From contig JBEWZL010000251.1 of the NCBI GenBank assembly GCA_045837725.1, positions 1-64,000 on the forward strand: a stretch of 64,000 nt of DNA, read 5' to 3'. Source of the DNA: Vermamoeba vermiformis. Taxonomy: Eukaryota. Positions within the stretch are counted from its first letter, which is position 1. The number at the start of each line of letters is the position of its first letter. The notes beneath the pieces are model-generated. The model had not been told where the DNA came from. It saw only the letters and a program-made list of their open reading frames with translations, and made no database searches. Below are positions 1 to 10,642 of this stretch, in pieces. Made by a program: the position numbers and the translations under genes.

Positions 1-199
1 AACTCTACCAATATCAACGAGTTAGTAATTGCTTATTTATAATATTAATACGTAAATAAACTTACCTATTTACCACTACGTTGATATTCAGTTCGCGATT
101 CCGCTCAAGTTGCGGATTGCATTTGTTCGCCACTTTAGCTATTTTAGCCGATCTGCTGTAAGATTACATTAGTTGCTATATGGTATAATAGTCGGATAT

Positions 200-2520
200 T
201 ACTTACGGGTCTAACACTTGTTACAATTTTCATGAAATTGCTCTGCCAGATCGCGTGTTCGGATCCCGTAAAATAGCTAACCTGGTCTTACCTGTAAATA
301 AAAACGTATAAGTAAGTGATAATATGTTAAAATAAAGCGTTATACTTACTTTTGGCGCAATCGATGCGCGTCATTGAACTTCTGCGAGATCGAGAGGTTG
401 AGTTCGCGATCTCTGGCCCCAGCTCCGTGGCATCTCCTAGGCGTAAAATTAGCATCAATTATTTAAAATATTAATATATAAGGGGGATCACTTACCTTAA
501 AGACAATCGATGCCCCGTATTGAAAGTTTAGCTGATCGAGACGCGTTGGATCTTGATCTCGTAATTTCTCTTCCATAACCGCCTTCGTTATATCTACTTA
601 TATAAGGCGTTAGTATTGACCAATTTATTACCTTAAGCGTACTTACGGGTCTTCTACTGTCAATGTAATGGATCTGTTGACGCGGGAAGATCGCGTTCGA
701 GATCCGTGACGGTGATTTTGATAAACCTAAATAAGATGTATTAGAATATTAAATAATAATAAAATAAAAGATCTAAGCAACTTACCCTTGACTCGCTATC
801 GGTCATTGAGCGATCCGACTTCGCGCTCGATCTACGACGAGCGTCTTTGCACTGACGCTCAAACAACCTATTAAATAAGGATTAACATATCACTTTAATA
901 ATAAATTAAACCAAAATTTGAATTTTACACGAGCACGAAGCTCGATCCGTGAATTTAAATTGTTAATACTTTCTCAATAATTTTAAATATGAAATCGACG
1001 CATTGATTGCGTCTTATTAATATATGATATATTAAATATAATACTTGCTTGTTATTTGAACGCGTTCCACGCATCCGATCGCGCCATCAAGTCCAATCCA
1101 ACGAGCGAGTAGTTCGAAGACTGTCCAACACATTGTACGACCGAAACAATAATGAATCTCAGCAAACGACCATTGGTGGTCGAGATCTTGCAATTCAAAA
1201 AGTTACAAATAAACGAAATTCGGCTATTGTCTACTGTAGCATTAGAAAACAATAGGATAAATTAAATTATGCTTACCTTTTTCACGCGTTTTACTTTACT
1301 TTTAGAGCTATCGGTGCTCTATGTTAGCACTTTGACCGATCGAGATTCGTTGGATCTCGATCCATTTTACTTCGTCAAAGGGTCGCGTTGAACCCTCTCG
1401 ATCTGTATTTACATTAAGTACATTACAGTAAATACGACGCCAACTTACCTTGGCATTAGAGCCATCAATTTAACGGAAATTACGCGCGCCAGATCGCGTT
1501 GCCAAATCCGTTGAATTTCAACCGCCATCTTAGTACTGATAAATAAACGATGTTAGTGCTTAATAATGAATATATATATGACATTTTACTTACTTTCGAC
1601 GCGATCGATGCGCGTCATTGAACTTGTGAGAGATCGGTACGTCGTGACACGATCTCCGGCCCCAGCTCCGTGTTATTTCCTACACATAAAAATAGTATAT
1701 GTGAGTTAAGGTATTAATAAATAAGGGGTATTGCTTACATTTAGGGCATTCGCTGCTCTCTATAGAAATTTTTAAAGATCGAGATGCCTCGGATCTCGAT
1801 CTCGTAAATATTACTGAGGGCTTTCATAGCAAGCTCTAATAATAAAAACAGTTAGTATTACTCAGTATCTAACACAGTGAATACTTACGGGGCTATATTT
1901 CATTTGTTGTATCTAAATTTTAACGCGGGAAGATCGCGTTCCAGATCCGTCATCGTGAATATCTAAAACCTAAATAAAACGCATTAGCATATTGAATTAT
2001 AATAAAATAACAGTTTATAACTACTTACGCTTTATTCACTTCCGGTCATCGAGCGATCCGACTTCGCGCTCGATCCGGCACTCGCGTCTTTGCTCTACGT
2101 GCAAATAACCTATTAAATAATAATTAATACATTGTAGTAGTAATAAAACACTCGATAATTTAAACTTTACACGAGCACGAAGCTCGATCTAACTTCTCAA
2201 ATTTTAAAAAAATTATCTTGATTTTTAAAGTAATAATCGACCCATCGGTACGATTATTTTACTATTATTGAATATATTTAAAGACTTACCAATTTATTGC
2301 CAGGGCCTGGGCGGATTCGATCTCGCCATCAAGTTACCGACCCCGTCGGCGAGCAGTAGTGATCGTCCCCGCAGCGGGACACGAACGGAAAGCACCAGAA
2401 GACAATAATCCGACCATTGGTGGTCGGGATCTCGCGCATCGAAAGTCAGTAGAACTTTCGATCGCGTTGTTGATTTATGAGTCTATTCTATAATAAAAAA
2501 TAAACGTTAATATCATTCAA
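200..2520. repeat. Diverged tandem duplication with period ~1242 bp (7 exon/intron modules per unit)
   Basis: Matching blocks at a near-constant offset: ATCGATGCGCGTCATTGAACTT (~360/~1604), GGCCCCAGCTCCGTG (~415/~1658), ACGCGGGAAGATCGCGTTC (~680/~1924), GAGCGATCCGACTTCGCGCTCGATC (~808/~2051), ACACGAGCACGAAGCTCGATC (~927/~2169), CGACCATTGGTGGTCG (~1167/~2411). Splice signals sit at the same relative positions. Confidence 0.9.
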
Positions 2521-2563
2521 TTAGTATCATTAAATAATATACTAGTCAAGATTCGGACAAAAC

Positions 2564-5184
2564 TGTTACCGCCACTTACGACTTTATGACACATCGCACT
2601 AAATGGCGAAATCACTTCCGCTCTTTATGACACATGTTACCGCCGAAATTCAAATTTCAGTTTGGTGCGATGTGAGCCACTACAATGATAAATCAAATTA
2701 TGAGTATATTAAAACAATTACTTTTCAAGCAATGGACGATTGGCAGTATTCTGTGTACTGCAAGATCCTTGCCGGGGATCAATCTCCCTTCAGCGAAGCT
2801 GATGTTCCTCCATTGACCAGACACCAACGAAGTGCTCACAGACGACTTGCAAAGGCCAATTATTGCCTTATTGAAGGGAAGCTTTATCAGCGAGTTAAGT
2901 TTACGGAGATCGCGCAGCTTCCGCTCAGACCAACAGACCAGATGAGTGCAGAACCCAAGGTTGGTATTGACTTTGTTTTGCAAAAAGTCAAAACCCCTGT
3001 TTGGGTCCCTGTAGTTCGGTAAGCTGAAAAAGGGCGCAGATCGGAAAATCGCTGATTATTTATGAAACAGAGCATCAGAAAGACATTCGTGGCTTCAGAA
3101 AGCTCACGATGAAAACGCACACCAAGGAAGAGATGCAACGTTGAAATTCTTGCAGAAAACCGTTCATTGGCATGGAATGAAATCGGATGTGAGCAATCAC
3201 ATCCGGCTCTGTGACCTCTGCCAGCGAACAAGGACCGACTATACAGTAGCTCCATTGGAACACATTATTCCTGAGTAAGTAGAATAAACGGCAAAATATT
3301 TAATTTTAATTAATTTTTTTGGATTAGAAAGCCATTTGTTCGCTGGCAAATCGACTTGACTACTGTTGCAGGTCACACAGGTGTTCTCTTAATTGTTATT
3401 GATTGCTTCACAAAGCACGTCTGGTTCAAATGGCTGCCCTCAAAAGAAGCGATCGGCGTAACCAGCTTCTTGCTCTCAATTTTTAAAAAAGAAGGCCAAC
3501 GCCCAAAGATAATCCAATCTGATAATGGCGGTGAATTTATCTCGGATGTAATGAACCAGATCGCAGCAGAATTTAATATCGAGATAATCCATGGTAGACC
3601 GTATCACCCTCAATCACAAGGTTAGTATTAACTATTAACATACAATTTATTAATATTACACTGAAGGAAATGTTGAGCGTGTAAACAAGACAATCAAGGC
3701 GATGCTCTACAAGCTGATCCGTTCCGCAAAACAACAAAATCGTCCCTACTCTATTATGCAATTGACCGAACAAGTCGTTGATATTTACAACAACTCTTCA
3801 CACTCGTCTACAGGCTTTACCCCATTGGAATTGCAACGTCCCATACTAACCAGCCCAGTGCAAGCTAGCACACCACGAGAGATCTTAGCAGAGCAGAGAC
3901 TTCAACTTGCAGGGCTATTTGCACGTGCTCATGAACAACTCCAACGTGCAGCCAAAAAAGCAGATCGTGTTCATAATAAGAAGTATGCCACAAAGCTTCG
4001 TATTTTCAAGGTTGGGGATCGTGTTTTGTACAAAATTCCAAAACAACTGAGGAAGAAAGGCCAACCTGGTTACGATTGCGAAGCAGAGGTGACTGCAGTG
4101 CATCGCAACTCACGCTACTCTTTGAAGTTTATCACAAACAGTCCTCCAAACGCAAACCGAACATTTCATGCGAACGAATTTAAATTATACTACGGTAATT
4201 GAATTTTATTTATGTGTCATATGCTTACTAATATTACACTAGAGCCAGAAAAGCCCTCCGACACTGATCCTGAAGTTCCCACGCAAGGTAAAAAATTATT
4301 TCAAATTTTAATTAATAATCTGCCCACACAGTGGCACGCCAAGGTGGAGATCTGGAAAAAGCTGATTCTGCTGAACCAAAATCCCTGCAAGATGAAGATT
4401 CAGACCGTAAGTCATTAATTATTACGGCCAACATTTTGGGCTAAATTTTGTCCCAGTGTTCGAGGTTAATTTTGATATGGTGGCTGGCCCGAACAATAAT
4501 GACCTCGAGCATGATCACGAGCACGAGCACGAGCACGAGAAAGAAGTCAGCAATGATTTTGATCAATACTCAATTGACGTGTCAGATGAAGATGTCCCGT
4601 CGTACCTTGATGAGCAACTGGAAAATATAATTGACCTTTCTGAAGAGTCGTTGGACTGTGGAAATAATACCAATGTAATAACTGAGCGTACCCCCGAGAC
4701 AGATTCCGTTTCAGAAACGGGTAAATAATTTTCTGTGATCACAGAAATATTTATTAATATTATTTTAGATTATCAGGCTTACCAACCACGTCCACGACAA
4801 CAAATTCTTCGTGAACCTGGTATATCCGAATGCCGGTTTTTCCGGGAGCTTGGATCACCACCAAAAAAATAATCCGCTTCATCTTGTCAGATGTTAATTA
4901 ACAAAAACCGACCAAACACAAACTCACGTTCTGCAATAAACTAAAGTTATCCATATAATTTTGTTCTACTGTGTTTATCACCCGTAAGACGAGCTATGCT
5001 GGATTGGCACGAGATCGCGCTTTCAAAAAATCCGATCTCACCAACACAACTTCAGAAAAAAAAAATTCTTGTTGCATATTAATAGGTATGTTTGATTGTT
5101 CACTCCTTAATGAAGAGTTCAAACTGACTAAAAATTTTTAGCCGTTTGGTGCTACGTGTCGTAAAGTCGTAAGTGGCGGTAACA
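2564..5184 (+). mobile_element. Ginger-superfamily (Ginger2/Tdd-like) DNA transposon, apparently intact, 2621 bp
   Basis: 48-bp TIRs at 2564-2611 and 5137-5184 start TGT and end ACA; the outer 23 bp are identical (TGTTACCGCCACTTACGACTTTA), with 6 mismatches overall. 4-bp TSD AAAC at 2560-2563 and 5185-5188. Encodes a retroviral-type integrase and no RT, gag or LTR. Confidence 0.92.
2732..4872 (+). CDS. Integrase-like transposase (HHCC zinc finger + rve DDE core + acidic tail), 8 exons
   Basis: Hand-spliced frame is open throughout: AHDENAHQG..CDLC (HHCC), WQIDL, IQSDNGGEF, RPYHPQSQGNVER (D,D,E), FKVGDRVLYK C-terminal domain, then an acidic HEHEHE-containing tail ending ..GSPPKK*. Seven GT-AG introns at ~3020, 3275, 3621, 4195, 4288, 4407 and 4721. 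Confidence 0.9.
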
Positions 5185-5431
5185 AAACACGAGCACTAAG
5201 CTCGATCCGAATCTTGCAAGATTTTATTAAAAAAATTAAAAATTCAATTTCACATATAATATTAATTAAAATGGTACCACTAATATATTTAAAAACTTAC
5301 CTTTAATAATCTCGGTCTGTGCACCGAGATCCGCGCAAGTCTTGATCTCGCGCATTGCCTCGCGCTGTAACGACGCTGAATGTCGTTTGGAGCGTGTGTA
5401 TTAATTATAAATAAGCTATCTAAATCAACAA

Positions 5432-5891
5432 ATCGACCCTTGTGGCCGATCTGTTGCGAATCCGAGATTGTCATTATTCGAAATAACTCGCGCTGAACGG
5501 CCGTGTTGACCGTGGTGCGGCACTGTCTGCTGTAATTAATCATTAAATAATAAATACATCGACCCTTGTGGTCGATCTGTTGAATTGTTTATGCGAAATA
5601 GCCCGTGAGCCATTTTCGCATCAGTTCTGATCCAAAATAACTCGCGCTGGAACGGCTCTGGTGCCGCGGCGCGTTACTATAGGCTGTAAATAAACTAATT
5701 GTACGACAATAACTAAATAAATCGACCCTTATGGTCGATCTGTCAAGGTTTAATAAAAATAGCGTTCCAGATGACGCGTGCGAATTCAGCGTATTGAAAT
5801 AACTCGCGCTGAAACGACGTTGGAGTCGTGGCGCGTAACTGTCTGCTGTTGATCATCACTAATAATCAATAAATCGACCCTTGTGGTCGAT
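5432..5891. repeat. Four-copy ~150-bp degenerate tandem repeat, each unit headed by the hairpin ATCGACC-CTTGT-GGTCGAT
   Basis: Hairpins at 5432, 5558, 5721 and 5873 (spacing 126/163/152). A second conserved block AAATAACTCGCGCTG occurs at ~5481, ~5635 and ~5797. A 12-bp stem follows at 5913-5944. Confidence 0.85.
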
Positions 5892-6532
5892 CTCTCGCTG
5901 AACTATTTTTAGTGACAAGTTCGTGTCCGCTAACGGACTTGTCAGTGAGTAGGAATCGCTCCAACTTAATGTAATAATGCTTATTAATATTATTAACATT
6001 GTTTCATGAATTAATTTAAGAGAATTTCGGTGATCTCGCGGATTTAAATCCGTACGAACTTCAAGATCGGACTTAGAACCGCGAGGAAAAATAAACTATC
6101 GATAAATTACTGGTACTTACGGGTTATTTAGCCATTATTAGCCATTAATTTCTCCAAGGCTGACACAATCCGAGATGTCAGATCTGCGCGACGTTCTGTG
6201 ACCACCAACGTTTCCGAAAAAAAAACCAACCACTCCACGCATTGTTAATAGGCACCTACTAACGAAATTTATCAAAATTAAATCAATCAAAATTAATCAG
6301 TCAAAATTCGCGATCTTGGGCATGGTCGTGCCCACGCGGGATTATTGCGATAACTACCTTACCTTATCAAATTATATCGCGACCCTATATTCAATAGATA
6401 GATCTCTGTTTGATCTATCTGTTCCTGTCGTAAATTGTTCAAAAATCAATGTTCATGTTCTTTTTTGGCTATTTTGCTTCGATTTTTTGCCACGATTTTT
6501 TGGGCATGGTTTTCGCATCAATCCTGAGCGTT

Positions 6533-8595
6533 TCATGCCCATCGTATAACCCTAACCCTAACCCTGATCACGGCTCGAATTCGGTCGTTCTCGGACTGCA
6601 CCTTTTTGGATCCTTTTCGTGGCTTTATTCCAGAAAAAGACTTGTAAACTTTTTGCTGCCTGTTTGGAAGTGTCAGCGTGGTCATCAGATCGTTCTTTTC
6701 CTACTTACTTTTCCTTGATCTCCTTCTTGACAGAGTCATTGAGATCGGAGCAATCGATCATCAAGTCCAGCGGCAATGCCACGGCAGAATACCCGGAGTC
6801 AGCGTATGGAGTTTGATTCGAGTGCCGCCAAACATTGCTGCCAGCAAAATACATCTTCACCGCTGCCAGACTGTTTCTGTTGGAGTTGAACTTTATCATC
6901 GAACTCTTCAAGCAACCGATGCCCAAGTTTGGGAAGGACTGCACGGAAGCTCCCAGCGGAACGGAGGGATCATCCCCTTGTTCAAAGTTACGATCGTTTG
7001 GGATGAAAAGCTTCGAAAAAGATGATATTGAAGCATCGTTCATCGAGGCAACAAAGTTGGGGTTCCAGATGACCGAATGAGTCTGCTTCGCACTGACGCT
7101 CCTGCGCAACTTAGGTGTGAGCAGCAGCCTTCACGAGCTTTACCATCGTACCTGAGAGTAATTGCTATATCCTGGTAGAATTTGGTGCCTTCGAAATATT
7201 CGTTCTCCTTGTCGCATATCTCGTCGACTTCGAACACACTCGACACGTTGTTCATGAACCAATTGAACTCGGAGGCATCTTTCATCACCTCTTTACCACC
7301 GAAAAATTGCACCACAAAGACGACAGGAACCCTGAACAGAGGTTGAGAAAACGGAGGTAGATAGGCTTTTTTTTTTGTACCTAGATCCACGAAAGTGGAA
7401 TCGTGACTTAAGCTTTTGAATCTCAGTCAGGCAGTCGGCAGAAACCGTCTCCATCCTCCTGACATCTTGATTTTCGTTTAGGTGCTCCTCCAAGTCATCC
7501 CAAATGCCAATGTCTTTGGCAGCATCGGAGTTTTTGATCCCAGTCAAGATGACATCCTTGTAAAACGCTCGGAACATAGAAGGCAACAACGAATCATGCG
7601 ACTTCCAGCCCAGGAAGCAAGCATACACGTCATTCTTGCCATCCACGGCCCTGATCAAAAGTGGTCAGAACTGTAGGGACTAGCAGCCACTAGCGAGAAC
7701 ATACCCAATTTTTAGGTTGGCAGTTGTCGACAATGAGGACCCTGCCCAATCACCCTTTATCTTGTCGGCAGAAGAACCATACTGAGGATGGATGTACAGA
7801 CGAGGTAGCCTACGGAGCACTCCCAGGGTGTCGGTGACGATCGAGGTCGCATCCAAATCCATTCGAGAATGCAAATCAACTTTTGATTTGAGATCGGGAT
7901 AGTGAGCAGCTGCACCATAGTAGGTTGTGCTATTGAAAAACTCCATAGGGTTATTCGGGAGGTCGGAAGAATCAGACACTTCCTTGTAATCCTCAATCAG
8001 GTGTGCCGAGTAGACGGTCGGCCTGCAGGAACGAGTTTGCAGCATTGAAGCAAGCTCGTCTGACGTTGCTTTCGGCAAGGAACAACCCGCCAGAGATGGG
8101 ATAACGGTGTTGAGGCTAGAAAGTTGTCAATCAGAGTGCTTGCAGCATGAGCAATCTGTTTGTTGATTACCGTTCCACGTTGGATAGAAAATTAACTTGC
8201 TCCTCTTCTTCCATGTTCAAAAACCATTGCAGATTGGAAATGACTTGGTGTTGCCTAACAATGCTCACCATCTTGTCGAATGAAACGGCCTCAGGGGATG
8301 ACAGTTCCTTCATTGCAAAAAAATTAGGATCCAGGAGCTGCGTCTTACTGATCTCTGTTACCTCTGACCCTTCCTCTTCAGCAATCGAGTCGTTGAACTG
8401 GAACAGGCAATCGTCGGAGGGACTCGACTCTGCCTCGTCGACCAAAAGCTGCTCGTCGTTCGACCAGTCAATGCTGCGCTGCCGCTCCGAACTGGACGAC
8501 AGCTCATCATGGGGATTGGAATTGGGAATGTTGTCGCTGGACATCTCGGGGAGTCTGCTCATTCTCCTGGTGAAGAAAGGCGTCAGAAATAGCAT
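6533..8595 (-). pseudogene. Uncharacterised multi-exon protein, probably 3'-truncated at the telomeric repeat
   Basis: Six exons splice into one frame: acidic N-terminus, RMDLDATSIV, TANLKIGAVDG, VQFFGGK, FYQDIAITL, VKMYFAG, QTPYADSGY. The last exon reads ..NDRIRAVI, then RVRVRV encoded by the telomeric repeat, and stops at 6533. Start is at 8595 or 8562. Confidence 0.6.
6547..6565. repeat. Interstitial telomere-type repeat (TAACCC)3T
   Basis: TAACCCTAACCCTAACCCT, C-rich strand on +, directly abutting the last recognisable codons of the 6533-8595 gene. Confidence 0.75.
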
Positions 8596-8656
8596 TCTCC
8601 CATTTTTGTTTACAAGAACTCTTTATAAAAAATATTGTATAAAATCAAGGATACAA

Positions 8657-10642
8657 TCATTCAGACAGATAAGTGGGGATTCTGCTGGCATTGACCGTTT
8701 CAAACAGTTCAGGCTGCAACATGTACGTCTTTCCTTTGTACGACACCACCCAATCCTTGGCAGATTCGATATGCTTTTTCCAAAGCTCATCAAAGCCTTT
8801 GCCGATTTTCTTGGCAATCGTCGAGAACGACAGGTTGCAGAAAAGCAAAGCCGGGATCCTTCGTGCAGCTGCCTCGAACTTGGTGCAATTGTGCTTGAAT
8901 CTGGCAGGGCAATGATTATCAGTCTGGTTTGCTGTTAAACCTAGCAATGCTTACCTTCGAAAAGAGTTGCAGGATCCAGTCTTGTCCTTTGTGTCGAAGA
9001 TCCGAGCCTGAACAAATGTCGATCCCTTGAGCTGCCAAAATGCCTTGTTCTTGATCACTGCTTGGTGAAGCTTTGCATTGACCTCTTCTTTTTTCTTTTG
9101 CTCAGTCATTGAAGAGCTCCAATTGGCCTCGCATTCTGCCCGAATTTGGGACTGCCAATGAGTGAGAAAAGAACTTAGCGCAAACAATTTCATTTTGGTG
9201 GCTATCTAGAAAAGTGCAACATAATTAGTCAGGTTGCAAGCACTGAAAACTACCTGATCCACTTACTTTCACGCTCCTGTCATCCCGGTGCAATTTTGTG
9301 AGGTCTGCAGCAATGCTTGTGAGATAGCTATTGTAGTCCGCTTCAGCAGTCTTGCATTTGAACCAGGCGTTCAGGAAGGAGCGATCCACCAAATCAACAT
9401 GATCTGAAGAAAGAGCAGCATCCACCTCAAAGGTTTGCGACGACTTCATCCCGTTTACGAATTTTGTGTAGGCGGCATAATCGATAGAGCAGTCGGAGAG
9501 CTTGTCGAGAAGCGCACCAAAGTGATCAACTGTGTCAAAAGATTAAAAGGGGACTATGACGTATCTATTGACTCTTAGCTTACCCTCAGGAGTTGCTGGT
9601 TTTGCTTGCAACTCCTTTGCTGGAAAGATTTTCTGGGGGGCAATATCTCTTTGAGCAGATGGGGGCTTGGCTTTCTGGCTAGTCTCACACTGAACGGCTG
9701 GCGCGCAATCTTCTTCGTTTCCAGTGTGGTCCTCGACGGTTACCACCTGCGGAGGTGCCTTCTTGAACAATTTGTCCATCATTCCCTGACTCAGCTCAAT
9801 TGGCAACTCTCCTTCAACCATTGCTGTCGAAATGGGTTGAGCCAGTGCAATGCAGCAAAGCACAAACAAACTCACCGATGAAGAGGTTCTCTTCGTGCTT
9901 GAGTGTATCTGCCAAGAAGCCACCATTGACAAACCTAGCGGTCAGTGCAAAGCCGTTCTTGACAAGGTAGTTGACGCACTTGACTGCCTTGCGAGCTGCT
10001 CCTATAAAACATTTGAGTAAAATTGCATGTACCTTCGGCTGCTACTCACTGGACTCTGTAGTATCATCAATACGCTCCTTTCGAGCCTTCTTCTTCTTTC
10101 CGGCAGGGGAACGGTCATTGCCTCGACTGTCTCCTGCTTGGTGGCCCATGTCATCCGCTTGGGGTTCTTCACCTTGCTCCACCAATGCCGTGCCATCGTT
10201 TGGACCGTCCCAGACATCCACCTGTCCTTCTAGGTTGTCTGATGCTCTTGAAGGCACATCATCACCATGGTGCTGAGACTCCTCCTCTGCCGATAGAGAC
10301 AGAGCCTCGGCGACCTGCAGTGTGACAATGCATTAAACAAGCTGCTTTTATTGAAGGCAATGCGATTATTCGATTTACCTTAAACCTCTTGGCCGGTCTC
10401 TCCGAGGACTCTTCATCATCCTCGAGCACCCTCTTCCGCTTCTTGCCTGCTTGGGCCCAATAGGACTGAGCGTCTGCAAGCTGCTTTTCGGAGTACTCCA
10501 ACTCTCCGTAACTAAAATAAATCGGTTCAGATGATGGTTACAACCCCAGTTAAAACACTTACTATTTTTTAACAAGGGCTCTCAAGTCGCTCTCAGACCC
10601 CCATGTCTCTCCAGCTACTAGGGCAAGGTAAAAAACGCACAT
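8657..10642 (-). CDS. Uncharacterised multi-exon protein with basic NLS-like motifs (KKRKR, KKKKARK) and a helical C-terminal region
   Basis: ORF-track fragments at 10262-10501, 10042-10257, 9543-9932, 9225-9449, 8951-9193 and 8657-8947 join in frame through canonical GT-AG introns. The start codon is uncertain. Confidence 0.65.

Larger units (their letters stand above)
1..6240 (-). ncRNA. Putative spliced non-coding transcript made of short hairpin-rich exons (runs off the left edge; interrupted by the Ginger element)
   Basis: Sixteen regularly spaced minus-strand donor sites, read as CTTAC on + at 61, 202, 345, 491, 642, 781, 1044 (CTTGC, GC donor), 1272, 1444, 1589, 1734, 1884, 2024, 2285, 5296 and 6116. 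Most are preceded by CT..TTAG/TTAA acceptor and branch signals bounding AT-rich 45-60 nt or ~180 nt introns. Exons are ~80-200 nt, richer in GC and full of GATC/CGCG hairpins. Exon 1277-1402 has stops in all three minus frames, and homologous exons do not share an open frame. Confidence 0.5.

Noticed and set aside
1-2520. Protein-coding multi-exon gene, including ORF-track entries at 1049-1255
   Set aside because: At least one exon is closed in all frames, and duplicate exons do not conserve frame or amino acids.
2603-4872. LTR retrotransposon or Polinton remnant
   Set aside because: TIRs and a 4-bp TSD tightly bracket a lone intron-containing integrase; there is no RT, RNase H, gag, polB or LTR.
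5432-5891. CRISPR-like repeat-spacer array
   Set aside because: Intervening sequences are over 100 nt and share conserved blocks, so this is a tandem repeat.
1-6565. Hammerhead ribozymes expected for a Penelope-like terminal element
   Set aside because: No CTGANGA..GAAA core with proper stems was found by eye on either strand outside the Ginger; a covariance-model search is still needed.
8147-8938. 263-aa plus-strand ORF and similar antisense ORFs elsewhere (e.g. 50406-50972, 39360-39824, 15388-15834)
   Set aside because: These are shadows of better-supported spliced genes on the opposite strand.
10030-10050. Premature TAG or stop-codon reassignment in the 8657-10642 gene
   Set aside because: A consensus GTGAGT donor just upstream places the TAG in an intron and keeps the frame.
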